NCBI RefSeq assembly: GCF_001194135.2
Contig: NC_068994.1
Coordinates: 26,819,400-26,883,399 of the forward strand
Source of the DNA: Octopus bimaculoides
Taxonomy: Eukaryota
DNA: 64,000 nucleotides
Reading direction: 5' to 3'
Position numbers and translations under genes: made by a program. This document shows positions 25,230 through 38,399 of this stretch, one piece after another (position 1 is the first letter of the stretch; every line of letters starts with the position of its first letter). Under the pieces are notes generated by a model that worked only from the letters and a program-made list of their open reading frames with translations, was not told where the DNA came from and ran no database searches.

Positions 25230-25490
25230 ATATTGCTGTTGTTACTGCTGATGCTGCTGTGGCTGTTGTTGTTGTTGTTGTTGCTGATGCTGCTGTGGCT
25301 GTTGTTGTTGTTGNNNNNNNNNNTGCTGATGCTGCTGTGGCTGTTGTTGTTGTTGTTGTTGCTGATGCTGCTGTGGCTGTTGTTGTTGTTATTGTTGTTG
25401 CTGATACTGCTGTGGTTGTTGTTGTTGTTGTTGCTGATGCTGCTGTGGCTGTTGTTGTTGTTGTTGCTGATGCTGCTGTGGCTGTTGTTA
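25230..25490. repeat. compound repeat [GCTGATGCTGCTGTGGCT(GTT)n], tandem array
   Basis: About seven visible units of 36-39 bp; 10-N gap at 25314-25323. Confidence 0.9.
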
Positions 25491-25724
25491 AGGTAGCGAG
25501 CCGGTAGAATCGTTAGCACACTAGGCAAAATGGTTAGCAACATTTTGCCTGTCTTTACATTCTAAATTCAAGTTTTGTCACGATCTACTTTCCTTTTCAG
25601 CTTTTTGGGGTCAATAAAATAAGTACCAGTTGAGGACTGGTGTCGATATAATCAACTAGCCCCTTCCCCAAAATTACTGGCCTTGTGTCAAAGATTTGAA
25701 ACTATTATTATTATTGTTGTTGAT

Positions 25725-26400
25725 TGAAAGAGCAGTGCATGCCATCAAAGTGACACTGGGGTAAAATATACGAAGCCCATTATACCCATCATGACTACCC
25801 GTCTGATAAGGGTACACCAGGCACATGCATCATAACCATATGTATGTGACAGAGTGATCTCGTATCAAGATAAACAGTGCATGACTTTGCAGGTGGGACC
25901 CAGTTAGAATTTTCTTCAGCTCAAGTAGCCCATCCCACTCAAAAGGTCCCCGAATAAGGATCGTTTAAGGATATTGAACAAAACACCCAGGGTTTCCAGA
26001 GGTGAATTATTCAAAGCCATCAAAATTCCTATCGACACATGGCTATGATGCTTCATCACTACTTCTGCTCATGATCAGAGATGAACATATCATCAGTCAC
26101 TATGGAACATGCTCAAGTGGTTAAGGTCAAACAACTGACAAGCAATCTGTGGTATGGAGCTGAATATTTGCTGTAGCCCATCTTTTATACCAACACAAAA
26201 CGTGTACATGATAACACTTCCAATCAGTTAAGATCAAAAGCGATGAGAGCCACTGTCTGGTACTGCATCAAGGCATTTATTATTACTATCATTATTATTA
26301 TTATTGAGTGAGAGAGCAGTGCATGCCATCAAAGTGACGCTGGGGTACAAATATATGATTCCCAATACACCCACCATGCCTACTTGTCTGATAAGGGTAT
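25725..26400. repeat. unclassified dispersed repeat in partial tandem arrangement
   Basis: agagcagtgcatgccatcaaagtgac recurs at ~25728 and ~26313. An internal part recurs in reverse complement at ~16205-16320. Confidence 0.7.
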
Positions 26401-26519
26401 ATCATCATCATCATTCATGCTTTGTTTTGGTAATCAGATATTTCTTTTTTGACACAAAAACAAAGAATTGTGCGTATCTTCAAAACTATTCATAGGTTAA
26501 GGCATCAAAATGGAAAGTT

Positions 26520-27000
26520 ATTAGAGTGTTGAATATAATGTATTATGGTATTTGTTCTGATACCCTGTACTGTGAGTGCAAATCCATCAACATCAACTTT
26601 GCTTTTCATTCTTTCAAGATTGATAAAAAAACAAAAGCACCAATGCATTGGATTGGCAGAACTATCAGAAGATCAAACAAGATGTCCTGTAGTATCTCTT
26701 CTGTCTCTTTCTATTTTAGCAGCAACACCTGTCTGCTGTGATACTGATGCTAAGGTGTATTGGACCAAAGTGGTGGCCTGTTCCTTGATTAAACATTTGT
26801 GTCATGGACAGGAGAGATTTGTTTGAATGGGCAACTGTCGTTTTTCTTCAAAAAGCCTTTCACTTACCTGAAGATATATGATCAGTCTCTCTTAACAGAT
26901 GTTTGTTGTTATATTCAAATACTTTATAAGAATGTGCTAACAATATTTGCAAACAAGGCATTGCTATTTTCTGTGCCAATTCTTCTAGATGACCTGGAAA
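26520..27000 (-). mobile_element. old RTE-like RT fossil
   Basis: Multi-frameshift remnants resembling the ISLLS..K (SLLSMTQMF) and R.T.D.IF.L motifs. Confidence 0.45.
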
Positions 27001-27419
27001 TGTCTTCACAGATGTGGTAGTGCATGATTGTATTTTATATCAAGTTGAAATAAAATGATGAGCCTTAAGTATTTTGATACCACCTCACCTGAGACCATCT
27101 ATGGGTTTATCATTACAAAACTGTCATTATTAAACTGTTTATATTCAAATTAAAACTCTGCATCAATTTGATGCCGGAACTTTTCATTAAATTGTTACAA
27201 ACACCAGCTGGTAGTATCAATAAATGAAAAAGTTAGTTGTTTTACAGAATTCCACCAAAGTTTAAATTACTTTCAAAATCAATTGAAACATATAGTCACC
27301 ATATTTCATTGATAGATATACAAATATGAAACAGTTAGCTGTCATATTGTCTTCAGCAGCTGAGTGAGTGTCATTCCTTAACTTCATAATTTGCTTCTTC
27401 TTCATAATATTGCAGTCAT

Positions 27420-27850
27420 TTATTGTTGCTATGTATATTATCAAATTTATTCTTATAATTCTTTCTTCTTCTCATCCTTCAGTAAAATTTCATCTTTATT
27501 TTGTGTTTTTTTCTACCCAACCAAAATCAAATCATTACAGTGTTTTGCATTTATTTTTGTTTTCTCTATAGAATATATTCTGTGGAACGTGAGTGAAGTG
27601 TCTTGTCATACTATTTTTTCTCCATGTTGTATAATGGGGTGGAGTTATATATTTGTTGGTATCATTTGTTAATCATCCCAAAGGTATCTGTTGCTATGGC
27701 AATTGTTTCTGTTTTCAGTCCCTACATTTCAGTTATCTTTATTTCTTATTATTTATATTTTGACAGTTTCTCTCTTCTAGCAAAATATTGTCATCTGTTA
27801 AAACTGATACATGGATTAGAAGGTATTTGTTTTCTTTATAATCTTTGACA
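27420..27850 (-). mobile_element. Dong/R4 endonuclease fragment
   Basis: ENKYLLIHVSVLTDDNILLEEKLSKYK...TETIAIATDTFGMI, homologous to the 3370-3455 fragment. Confidence 0.6.
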
Positions 27851-28021
27851 ATAGTAATTAATCAATTTCCCTTAATGTTCCTGTCTGTGCGAAGTGGTGT
27901 GTCCCTGAATATCGTCCTGTGCTTTTCTTGGGAACTTTCTGGTGTATGTTTATACCAGCACTTTTCTGTTTGTCTTTTTTAATACTAGCATAATCCTCTG
28001 TCTTGGAAACCTCAGACTCTG

Positions 28022-28066
<45 letters not shown>

Positions 28067-28269
28067 TGCACGCACGCACGCACCCATGCACACACACACA
28101 CACACACACACACACCATAAATAATGTGTTTTTTTTCAATTGCATAAACTAAAAGTCAGAGGCGGACGGGATAAGCCACCTGCATCAACTTGCTATAAAA
28201 GCAGGTAGAAATTTTACATTGTCCTTATTCTTAGTGCAAGTTTTGAAGAGTGCAGTTTGATTTTAACAG

Positions 28270-29304
28270 TTATTTTTCCAAAGGAAGTGACAAAGAAGCA
28301 TATTTGGCATATTTTGCTTTATGCAGAATGCAATGGAAAATGCAAGGAATAGTACTGCAGTATATGGGGATCAGACAATAAGTGTAAGCCAGTGTCAACA
28401 GTGGTTCCAGAAATTCTGAACCAGAAACTACAGCCTAGAAGACAAGCCTCATCCTGGAAGATCTCATCCTGCAAACCCTGGTGGAACAAAATCCCATTGT
28501 AATTGTTGAAGACCTAGCAGAGAAGCTTGGATTTGATCATTCAACTATTCATCGACACCTGCATGCCATCAGAAAAGTTAGCAAATTGGGTCAATAGGTT
28601 CCTCACAAACTTTCTAAGCCTAATCTCACACAGAGTGTGAATGTGTGCTCTTCTTTGCTCTTCTTTGCTGTCACATCTCATGACTGGTATAAAAATGTGA
28701 AGTGCTAAAGATAGTGAGTAGGGAAAGGAGAAACACTGGCACCCCAGGCTAAAGATGGTTTTCACCTATGTAAAGTGTTGTTATTTGTTTGGTGGGATAT
28801 GAAAGGTTTAGTCTACTTTGAACTTTTAAACCAAAACCAAATGATAACAAAGAAGATCTACTGCAAGCAGCTTAAGTCAGCTCTAGAAGGAAAATGACCA
28901 TCTTTTGTTTCAAGACGAAAGGTGTTCTTCCATCAGGATAAAGCTCAGCCACATACAGTGAGGATGCTATTTGAAAGGCTGGAGCAGTTTGAATGGGAAA
29001 CGATGCCCCACCCACCAGATTCACTGGACATTGCCCCATCTGATTATCATTTATTCTGCAGTCTTCAAAATCATTTGAGCAGAAAAAATATGAATTCTGT
29101 AGACGAGGTTAGAAGAGTACTGGAAGAGTATTTTTCATCAGGGACAAATGAATTTAAGAAGAGGGGCCTTGCAAGTCTACCAGACAGATGGAAGAGCATT
29201 GTAGAAAATGGAGAGTATATTTTAGATTGAAAAAGAACTTGGTTTATCTTAATTTTGTAAAATAAAAGAAGTATAAAAACCGCATTATTTATGGAATGAC
29301 CTGA
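28270..29304 (+). mobile_element. decayed mariner (DD34D) transposon, left TIR not found
   Basis: FHQDKAQPH...DIAPSDYHLF with 34 residues between the two aspartates. The right end is ...ggaatgacctga|ta. Confidence 0.88.
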
Positions 29305-29316
29305 TATATACATATA

Positions 29317-30895
29317 CACTAGTGAACAAAAAAAAAGAGAACAATTAATATTTTTTTAAATGTCGGAAAAGCTAGCGAATGTACAAATTTGGAATTGGTT
29401 TGGTAAACACAGTTAACCATTAGCTAAATTCTCTGAAAAATCTTAGTTTGTACAATGGTCTTAATAAAAGTTAATAACACTAACACTAGTTTCTTCGAAA
29501 TGTCTCATGAGCAAAATAAGAGAACAATTAGATACCTTCAGAAATTTCTGGAAATTTTAAACACTGTTTACATTTGCAGACTCAATGTTACAACTGTCTC
29601 AGTATTGTGCTAGCTTCCAAACATGGCACACCATGCTACAGTTACTCCCGACCACCGAAAAGAAATTGTCACCATGAAAGTTTCAGGAATGACTCTCTCA
29701 ACTATTTCACGAGACATAAGGAGATCTAAGAGTGTAGTTTCATGTATTCTTAAGCTCTATGAAGAAACAAAAAGGCAACTGGTAGACCATGCAAAACCAC
29801 CATGCAAGATGATCGAGTCATGAAACAGTATGTTTTGAAGGATCCTTTCGAGACTATGGCTGGAATTTCTAAGAAAATAAAAGTAAATAAAGGTACGGAA
29901 GTGAGCCACTTCACAGTTTTGTCATCTGAAAGAATTTGGATTAAAGACTTGTTCCCCAGCAACGAAACCTACCATCAACAAGAAGAACAAATTGGAAAGA
30001 ATTTCATTTGCTGAAGCTCATGTGAACTGGAAGGATGAAAACTGGTTAAAAGTTCATTTTAGTGATGAAAGCAAATTCAATTTAGTAGGTTCAGATGGTA
30101 GACAGTATGTTAGGCGCTTCACAAGGTATTGGCTAAAATCCAAGTGCCTGAAGAAATCTGCCAAGTTTGGAGGAGGAAGCATCATGGTGTGGGAAATGAT
30201 TTCTTCTGAAGGAGTTGGCCCTCTAATGTATATTAAAGGGATTATTAATGCTAATATCTTTTGAATTTGGTTAAACAGCATGTCATCCCATCATTACAAG
30301 CATTTCTGAATCAGCCATGCATTTTCATGCAAGATAACACTCCCTGTCATATTGCAAAGTGTGAACAAAATATCCAAGTAATGAAGTGGCCAGCACAAAG
30401 TCCAGACTTAAATCCAATTGAAAACCTTTGGAAGATACTTGGAGACAAAGTAACACAAAGGGCACCAACTACCATGACGATTTATGGGAGATACTAGAAG
30501 AGAAATGGTAGAAAGTAATACCTAACTTGTGCAGGAAACTTGTTATGTCCTGTGGCAATCGATGTGCAGAGGTGATCTCCAACAAAGGTTTACAAACATC
30601 ATACTAACTGTATTAAATTCATATTTACATTTCTTTCAATCATTATTATGGTTTTGAGTTAATTGAAGCATTTTTTGGTTTGATCGTTCTCTTATTTTGC
30701 ACATGAGACATTTGGACAAAACTAGTATTAGTATTATTAACTTTTAGTAAGACTGTTGTACAAACTTAGATTTTTCAGAGAATTTAGCTAATAGTTAACT
30801 GAATTTATGAAACCAATTGCGAATTTGTATGTTTATTAGCTTTTCCAAAATTTAAAAAAAGTGTTAAACATTCTCTTTTTTTTTGCTTGCTACTG
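29317..30895 (+). mobile_element. Tc1-family transposon with ~210-bp TIRs and TA target duplication, decayed
   Basis: ta|cactagtgaacaaaaaaaaagagaac ... ttctcttttttttgcttgctactg|ta. Motifs FSDESKFNL, GGGSIMVW and QDNTPCH...QSPDLNPIENLW. The D-E spacing is 28, i.e. ~6 codons deleted relative to DD34E. Confidence 0.92.
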
Positions 30896-30906
30896 TATAC
30901 ACACAC

Positions 30907-30948
<42 letters not shown>

Positions 30949-31386
30949 TCTGTTCAGGTTAAAACTGTAAAGTTAAATAATGTGATTGGTTGTTTCTTTA
31001 AAACCTTCTGTTATTCGACAGTTACTTTCAGTATTCTGCTTCCTTGCATGATTTTTTTGTTAAGTTTCTTGCAGGAAGAAGTCTTGCACTGCAACCAAAA
31101 ACTCTTTGATTCCAACTTTGAATCCTGGATCACCCAGTGTGTGCGAGATATTTTCCTGCTTTAATAGCATACCTGTATTGTCAAAAATGCCAACTGTTCT
31201 GTTAATAATAGAAAATGGTGCATCAAAACAATGGGAGAAATCATTGATAAATGTCAGCAATCAAGTAAATATATGTGCATATACAGAATATACAGAATTC
31301 AGCTCAGTTTTGCTGATGTGGGCATGTCTTCTCAAGAACTTAGTTTCACTGACATGGGTGTGTCTTCTTAAGAACCTAATATTATA

Positions 31387-32590
31387 CAGGGTGCGTAAGG
31401 GATTTGAGGGCATACCATTTTTGGGTCATTGCTGCATTTTTTGCTAAATCTCTATAATCTTAGTTTCAGAAAATAATAATGGCAGACCCTCAGCTTGCTC
31501 AAGTAATGAAAAGGCATGCTGTTATTGGGGTTATAAAGGCTGAGCATAGTGATTTAGAAATATCTCAATTTTTAAAATTTGCCATATCTTCCATCTGCAA
31601 AATTTGTAAGGAGCTAGGGACTGAAGATGGAAATGTATCACAAGTATCAAAGGATAAAAAGTATTCTAAATGCTCTGAAATCATCAGAACACCTGAATTT
31701 ATCAAACTAGTTCAACAGACCATTGATTACAATCACAGAAAGCCCATGAGGTCAATTGCAAATGATCTCCATGTGTCAGAAGGAACAGTCAGAAATGTTG
31801 TCCATAAAGACATCAGATATGTCTTATATGACGAGGAAAGGTCAGTTTGTCAGAAAAAGCAAAAGAAAATCAGTACATCAGATCTAAAAGGTTCTTAAAC
31901 AAACTGAAAAATCCAGCAGAAGAAGATTTGATTTGGTTTTTCTCAAACGAGAAAAACTTCGACCAAGATCAAAAAGTTAACAGAAGAGATGACAGAGGGT
32001 TATGTGCAGACCCTTCTGAAGTTCCAAGTGTTATGCATACAAAATTTCCTGCAACTGTCATGGTTTTAGGGGTTGTCAGAATGAAGCACATGTAATGCCT
32101 CCTTACTTCTTTCCACAAGGCCTTAGAGTTAACTCTGCCGCTACATTGAGGTCTTGGAAATAATTGTTAGGCCCTGGATAGACAGTGTATGCAATAGAAA
32201 ACCATAGGTGTTTCAGTAAGATTCTGCACTATCACACATGGCTCTAGTAACACAGGTATGTACAGCTGAAAATTTTCATGATCACATAACCCCTAACATT
32301 TGGCCTCCTAATTCTCCAGATCTCAATCCATTGGAGGATCGTTGAGAGAGAGGTCAATGAACATGCCCATAACACCAAAGATACTTTGAAAGCTGCCATA
32401 GTCAGAGTAATATCCAAAAGAACCAGGACTTCTTGATTCGAGCATGTAGATGATTTAGATCTCATATAGAAGCAGTTGTTGAAGCTGAAGGTGGCTTTAT
32501 TAAATAACATTATAGAAAAAAAGGTTTATATTTATCCTCATAACATTTTTTGATAAATAAAGTTATTATCTGTTATTATATATTTGTTTT
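31387..32590 (+). mobile_element. maT/Bmmar1-type (DD37D) transposon, decayed, truncated by an assembly gap
   Basis: ta|cagggtg left end. FSNEKNFDQDQKVNRRDDR, HTKFPATVMVLGVV and WPPNSPDLNP motifs. Confidence 0.85.
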
Positions 32591-33267
32591 CTTTTTTAAA
32601 CATAAANNNNNNNNNNNNNNNNNNNNNNNNNNNNNNNNNNNNNNNNNNNNNNNNNNNNNNNNNNNNNNNNNNNNNNNNNNNNNNNNNNNNNNNNNNNNNN
32701 NNNNNNNNNNNNNNNNNNNNNNNNNNNNNNNNNNNNNNNNNNNNNNAATAAAACATTCACTTTTGCATGCTCACATGGATCAGATAAATTTTGTATAGCC
32801 CGATGCCCTTTCTATTTCCAAGGCCTGCCTCTTTCCAAGTAAGGTAATATTTCACCATGCCCAAACATGATTATGTAGAAGATTGAAAACAAAGAACACC
32901 TCTTGCATAAGAGTGACTATTGCTCAGTATCAGCACAATGAGACAATAAAATGCACATATACACACACACATAAATACCTTTACATATACACACATATGC
33001 AATTATATATATGTCATATCTATATATATATATTCTCAAATATTCTGAAAAATATACCTATATCAAAAACTATATATCATATAAAATATCTACAAAGGAA
33101 AAATATGAATTTTCCAAATTATATGAGGGATTGGATTTACAAATTCTCAAAGGACAGTATATATTTTTAATATTCTTAATATTTTCTAATATTATAATTA
33201 ATATCATCCTATAGTATATTTTATTATGTATACCATTCGTTTTCACATATATAATAATAACTTTATA

Positions 33268-33358
33268 CATCTCTGAAGAGTGGAATTATTGCCAATATGC
33301 TTGTCTATATTAGATTACATTATAAAGGCAATAATATCCGTGAAACGATCGTAAGATG
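33268..33358 (+). ncRNA. type I hammerhead ribozyme with intact core
   Basis: CATCT-CTGAAGA-GTGGAATTATTGCC-(33 nt)-GGCAATAATATCCGT-GAAAC-GATC-GTA-AGATG. 5-bp stem I, 14-bp stem II with one bulge, palindromic stem III ACGATCGT, predicted cleavage after A33353. Confidence 0.85.
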
Positions 33359-34938
33359 CAATTTAGACTTTCATAATATTTTAATCGAATTATATTTATA
33401 CTCACTTACGCATACTTTTTTATATACATTTATATTTTTTATATTCATTTATATTTTTTATATACATTTATATTTTGTATATCTTTAATTTTCTTTAATT
33501 TCAATTTAATTATTATTCAAAATGATTATTGTGTCATATAAAACATATATCTTTCAGAAATTCGAATAGTGATTTCCTGAGAATACTGTTAATAATTTTA
33601 TTAATAATATAAATATATATATATATAATTATTATAAAATCTGGTAATTAGTCATATATTAATTAATATCGATTAATTATCAGGAGNNNNNNNNNNNNNN
33701 NNNNNNNNNNNNNNNNNNNNNNNNNNNNNNNNNNNNNNNNNNNNNNNNNNNNNNNNNNNNNNNNNNNNNNNNNNNNNNNNNNNNNNNNNNNNNNNNNNNN
33801 NNNNNNNNNNNNNNNNNNNNNNNNNNNNNNNNNNNNNNNNNNNNNNNNNNNNNNNNNNNNNNNNNNNNNNNNNNNNNNNNNNNNNNNNNNNNNNNNNNNN
33901 NNNNNNNNNNNNNNNNNNNNNNNNNNNNNNNNNNNNNNNNNNNNNNNNNNNNNNNNNNNNNNNNNNNNNNNNNNNNNNNNNNNNNNNNNNNNNNNNNNNN
34001 NNNNNNNNNNNNNNNNNNNNNNNNNNNNNNNNNNNNNNNNNNNNNNNNNNNNNNNNNNNNNNNNNNNNNNNNNNNNNNNNNNNNNNNNNNNNNNNNNNNN
34101 NNNNNNNNNNNNNNNNNNNNNNNNNATATATAAGACAGGCTTCTTTGATAAATGTTACATGAGCATGCGTGTGTGTGTGTGTGTGTGTGTGTGTAATCAA
34201 TTACATAAATATAATTTATGATAAAAATTTAGTATCATTTTGATTAAAAATCTCATTACAGTTCACTTGCATCTAGTATCTCTAACTGTCAGTCATTCCC
34301 ACTCCATTTGTTGTTTTAGTTTCTCTCACTTCAAATGCAAACAACAAACTGAACAACTAAGTAAAGACATTGTTATAGCAAGAGAATGGAAACATTGAGA
34401 CAAATGCAAAAAAAATAAAGAGAACAACTCTAGCTCATGCTGAATGATTTATAGAAAGTATAAATCTTATAAATGGGATCAAATCCAACAGCTTCAAACA
34501 CTAAAGTGTTACTCACAAAAAAAAAAGTATTTATAGACATATAGCATATTATATGTATATATGGATATTATTATCCATGTCCCTTTTACTCCATCATGTT
34601 GGGTGTTAGCTATGAAAGGGCTTTCGTTGTCAATACCTTACTATGTCATTCTGCTGTTCTTTCAGTTTAGTCTTCAGTTGTGTTGTTATAACAATTTGTG
34701 TTACCATTTCTCCATTCTACTCACACCTGTTTCTTATCTCAACTCCTCTTTTATATTTCTGCATTTCCCTGAAAGAGAAAACAGTTTTATTTTTCTTGTA
34801 ACTATGTCTATTAGTTTCTCTTTATTCTTTACTAGATATGTTTATAGTCCAACCATAGATATGTTATTATAGCATTTTAGTTACAGAAAACACCTATTAC
34901 TGCTTTGACTATGTATGTGTGTGTATGCATGTGTGTGT

Positions 34939-34975
<37 letters not shown>

Positions 34976-35159
34976 ATTGATAAATATGATCTTACAGAAT
35001 AGTTTTTTTGCATCTCAAATACAGTCATTTTTCTTATTATTTTAAGACTTGAATCTTGCTAATTCCCTTAGCTTCTTGCTGAGAGTAGAATATATCTCTA
35101 ACTTATTGATGCAGCTCTAGAGTATTCCTGTCTATTACTTTATATATTTATGTATTTAT

Positions 35160-38100
35160 TATTATTATTTCCATTTTACTTCTCAGAGGTCTCAATTTTA
35201 CTTACTCTGGTTAATTCCAAAAGAGCAGACAGCAACATGTTGCCAAAGGTCTCCCAGGTTTCCATGATACTTAACACTCAAATATCAATATCAAAATTTT
35301 TGAATTCTTTTGAGTATGTTCGACTTTTAGTCAATTCCAATTTTTCCAACAAATTTATCAAACCTGCTTGTTAATGCTCCCAATGCCCCCAAAACTACTG
35401 GGATGACAGTTCTTCTCTTCATCATCCACATTCATGCAATTTTGTCATTTGATAGCTTGTACTTTTCGATCTTTTCCTACTTGTGCATTCCCAGGTGTGG
35501 CTATATCTGTGATCTTGGTTTCTTCCTTTTGTCCACTACAACAATGTGTGGTTTCCAAGCATCACTCACTGAGTCACACTGGATTGTAAAATCCCGTAAG
35601 ATCTTATACTCATTATTCTCAGTGACACTTTCTGGTTCATGCTCATACCATTTCTGTGTTCTTTCAAGACCATACTTCTCCAGTGAGCAAACTTAGCTTC
35701 TTTTTGTATTCCTTTTGGGCTAGCTTGTTACACTCACTCACAATATATATGATTGTTTCATTTTTGCTGTCACACATCCTACAAAGGCGTGATTTACTGT
35801 TCTTGTCTATTTTGAGTTTGGTGTAATTAGTTCTCAGAGCTTGTTCTTGAGCATTGCATATCAATGGAAGACTCAAAATAAGCAATCCTCAATCAAAATT
35901 ACTTTCATTTAATAATATATATATATATACATACAACTCTTCCACCAAGTTCCACAAAATATTTCATCCACACCGCTATACTTATTTCTATGAGATTATC
36001 TGTTGCCATTCTCTGCTTCATAACTACCAAATGAGAGGTATCACTGACTTGAATTTTGAAAAGCCCTTTTGTTGAGTATCAATTTGTCAAAAAAGTTTTA
36101 TTTATAACAGTATTAACAAATGGAATATTTTGCCATGAAAGTTAAAAAACATTTTTCCGCTGTCAAATTTCAAAAAATTACTAAAATCCGACCTTCTGCT
36201 GAACCAAACACATTTATAAACTTTATTTTATAGACCTACAATATTTATAACATTTGTAATATTTTATATTACCAGACTTAAAGAGATTTACTTTTTATAT
36301 ACGTTTTTGACTGCCTTGCTAAGGAAGTTTCTTTTTTTATAATTATTGACCTATTTATTTTTTATTTTTTGACCTCCTACCAACTTGCCCAAATCAGCAA
36401 AGCTGCCAAAGGGCTTAATCCGATTTTTTATGCAATTTCTGAAAAAAATTTTTGTAATCTTTTCTTATTGTAATCTATAAAGAAAAATATTCAATGTGAA
36501 TTGGATTAATAATAATGATTATTAAAAAAATGCCTCAGTGCATCCTTTCAGATCACTTTTCCTTAGTCACTTCCAGGTATTGGTCTCACTTTCCCTTCCA
36601 TTTCTTTGAGATTTATTTTTATTTTCCAGTAGTTTAATCTTTTCTCCATTTTGTTTTTTAAATGTTTTTGGGTGTGTCACATTTTCACTTGGTACCGTGT
36701 TTCTATTTCTAACAGCAACAACCAAAAGTTCAATCTTCTGTTTGATGTACCATCCCAGACTGTTTTCCTCATTGATATCACAGATCTTGCATCCTGTGAG
36801 ACCTCTTCCTACCTTGTATCACATGCAGTCTATTGATATCACTTTTAGGATGCAGTTCTTTGTTCATTGTCATAATTTTCCTAGTTTTTCTATCCTTTTC
36901 CTCAAGTTGTTTTTTGTCCACCTAACAACACCTGTACTGTATTGTATTAAGGAGACAGCCCATGCATTCATTGCCCTGATCTTGTCCCTGCCATTGAGTC
37001 TACTATCCATAATTAATTTGGATCTCCTGAGGTATTCCCATGTAAAGCTTTCCTTCATCTTACTCCCCTTGATTTTGTCATACTTACCCCAACATCTTTG
37101 ATTCTCTCACTATTAGGTAGTTCTACATCATCAGATGACACCACTTTGATTTTTTTTTATAAGAATACTACACTTTTTAATCTCAAATTCCATCCTGATA
37201 TACTTACTGAATATCTGTACTGTTGAAACCAGACCATTTATTTCATGTTCACACTTGCCGAAGATCTTTTAAGTCATCTATATATAAGAGGTGATTTAAC
37301 CTTTCTCCATTTTTCAAGGTGCACTCCGATGTCACTTTCCATGATATCTGTGCGAAGAGTTTCAAAAAAATCAGAAACAGCAACAGTGACAGACTATCTC
37401 CTTGAAATATGCCTCTTGATGTAACCTTTACAAAATATTCTCCACATGATGTTAATTCTTTACACCAGGTCTTGTTGATCTCTTCCTAAAATTTAAAATG
37501 TTATCATGCACCTGTACCAACTCAAGACTTTCTGAAATCCAGGAATGACGGCGCCATGTCATAAGCTTTCTTATAACCCCAGATTAGTATATCTTTTCTT
37601 ACAGTTGTTCAGAACCATTCTGTTTATCAGAAGTTGATCCTTTGTCCCTCTGCTTTTCCTCCTGCATCACTTCTATTCCACTGGCAGCTTGGCATTCATT
37701 TCCAAGAAGTCATATACACAGTTAAATGTTATTCCTGTCATCAAATTCCACATCAAGGGGAGGCAGGAGATTGACTAGTAATTATCCACAGCATTATCTT
37801 AACTAGGTTCATTTTGGCAGAAAACCTTTGTACCTGTGGTCATCTACTTTGGAAATTCCACCTCATTGTTGATCATTTTAGCCATTTGCTCAGCTATTCT
37901 TTTGTGTACTGCTTTGAAATTGTTCAGCCCATACCCTTGTACTGTATCTGAGTTTGGATATCTTCAGTTTGGAACCTTTGTTGCCTGGTTAGTCACCATT
38001 TCAGTTGTTATTCTTATACTGTTCTGTTTCATTTCATTTTTATTCGATCTTAATTCCTTCAACCATTCACCATTTTTCTTATGATTTCTTCACAGATGTT

Positions 38101-38200
38101 ACTCCAAAACCTCCTGCTGTTCAGCCGATGATAAATCCTTCTCTGATTCAGTTGGAACAATCTGTTGATTCTATTCAATTCTTTGATCATATCTATTGAT
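35160..38200 (-). mobile_element. decayed Dong/R4-clade LINE (RT, CCHC finger, endonuclease)
   Basis: [46 protein letters not shown]...CRMC...ETIIYIVSECNKLAQKEYK, TVIPVVLGALG. (TAA)n at the 3' end (~35156-35170). Confidence 0.88.
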
Positions 38201-38399
38201 TTTTGTAGCTTTAGCCTGCAATTTTTGTTTCAGATCATCATTATCATTGTTTCTTCTTCTTCTTCTTCTTCTTCTTCTTCTTCTTCTTCTTCTTCTTCTT
38301 CTTCTTCTCCACCCCCTTCCCTCCTCCTCCTCCTCCTCTGAACACTGCAATAGGTGGAAGTTCTACTTTAACAATATTTAGAGAGCTAGTGGTGGATAA

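Noticed and set aside
26868-26993. Minus-strand open stretch ending in a strong CAG|gtaagt donor
   Set aside because: It lies within what appears to be an RTE RT fossil, and the acceptor is poor.
36060-36420. Short aagcccttt…aaagggctt inverted ends suggesting a piggyBac/Kolobok-like MITE
   Set aside because: Only ~9 bp match, and TTAA is present on one side only.
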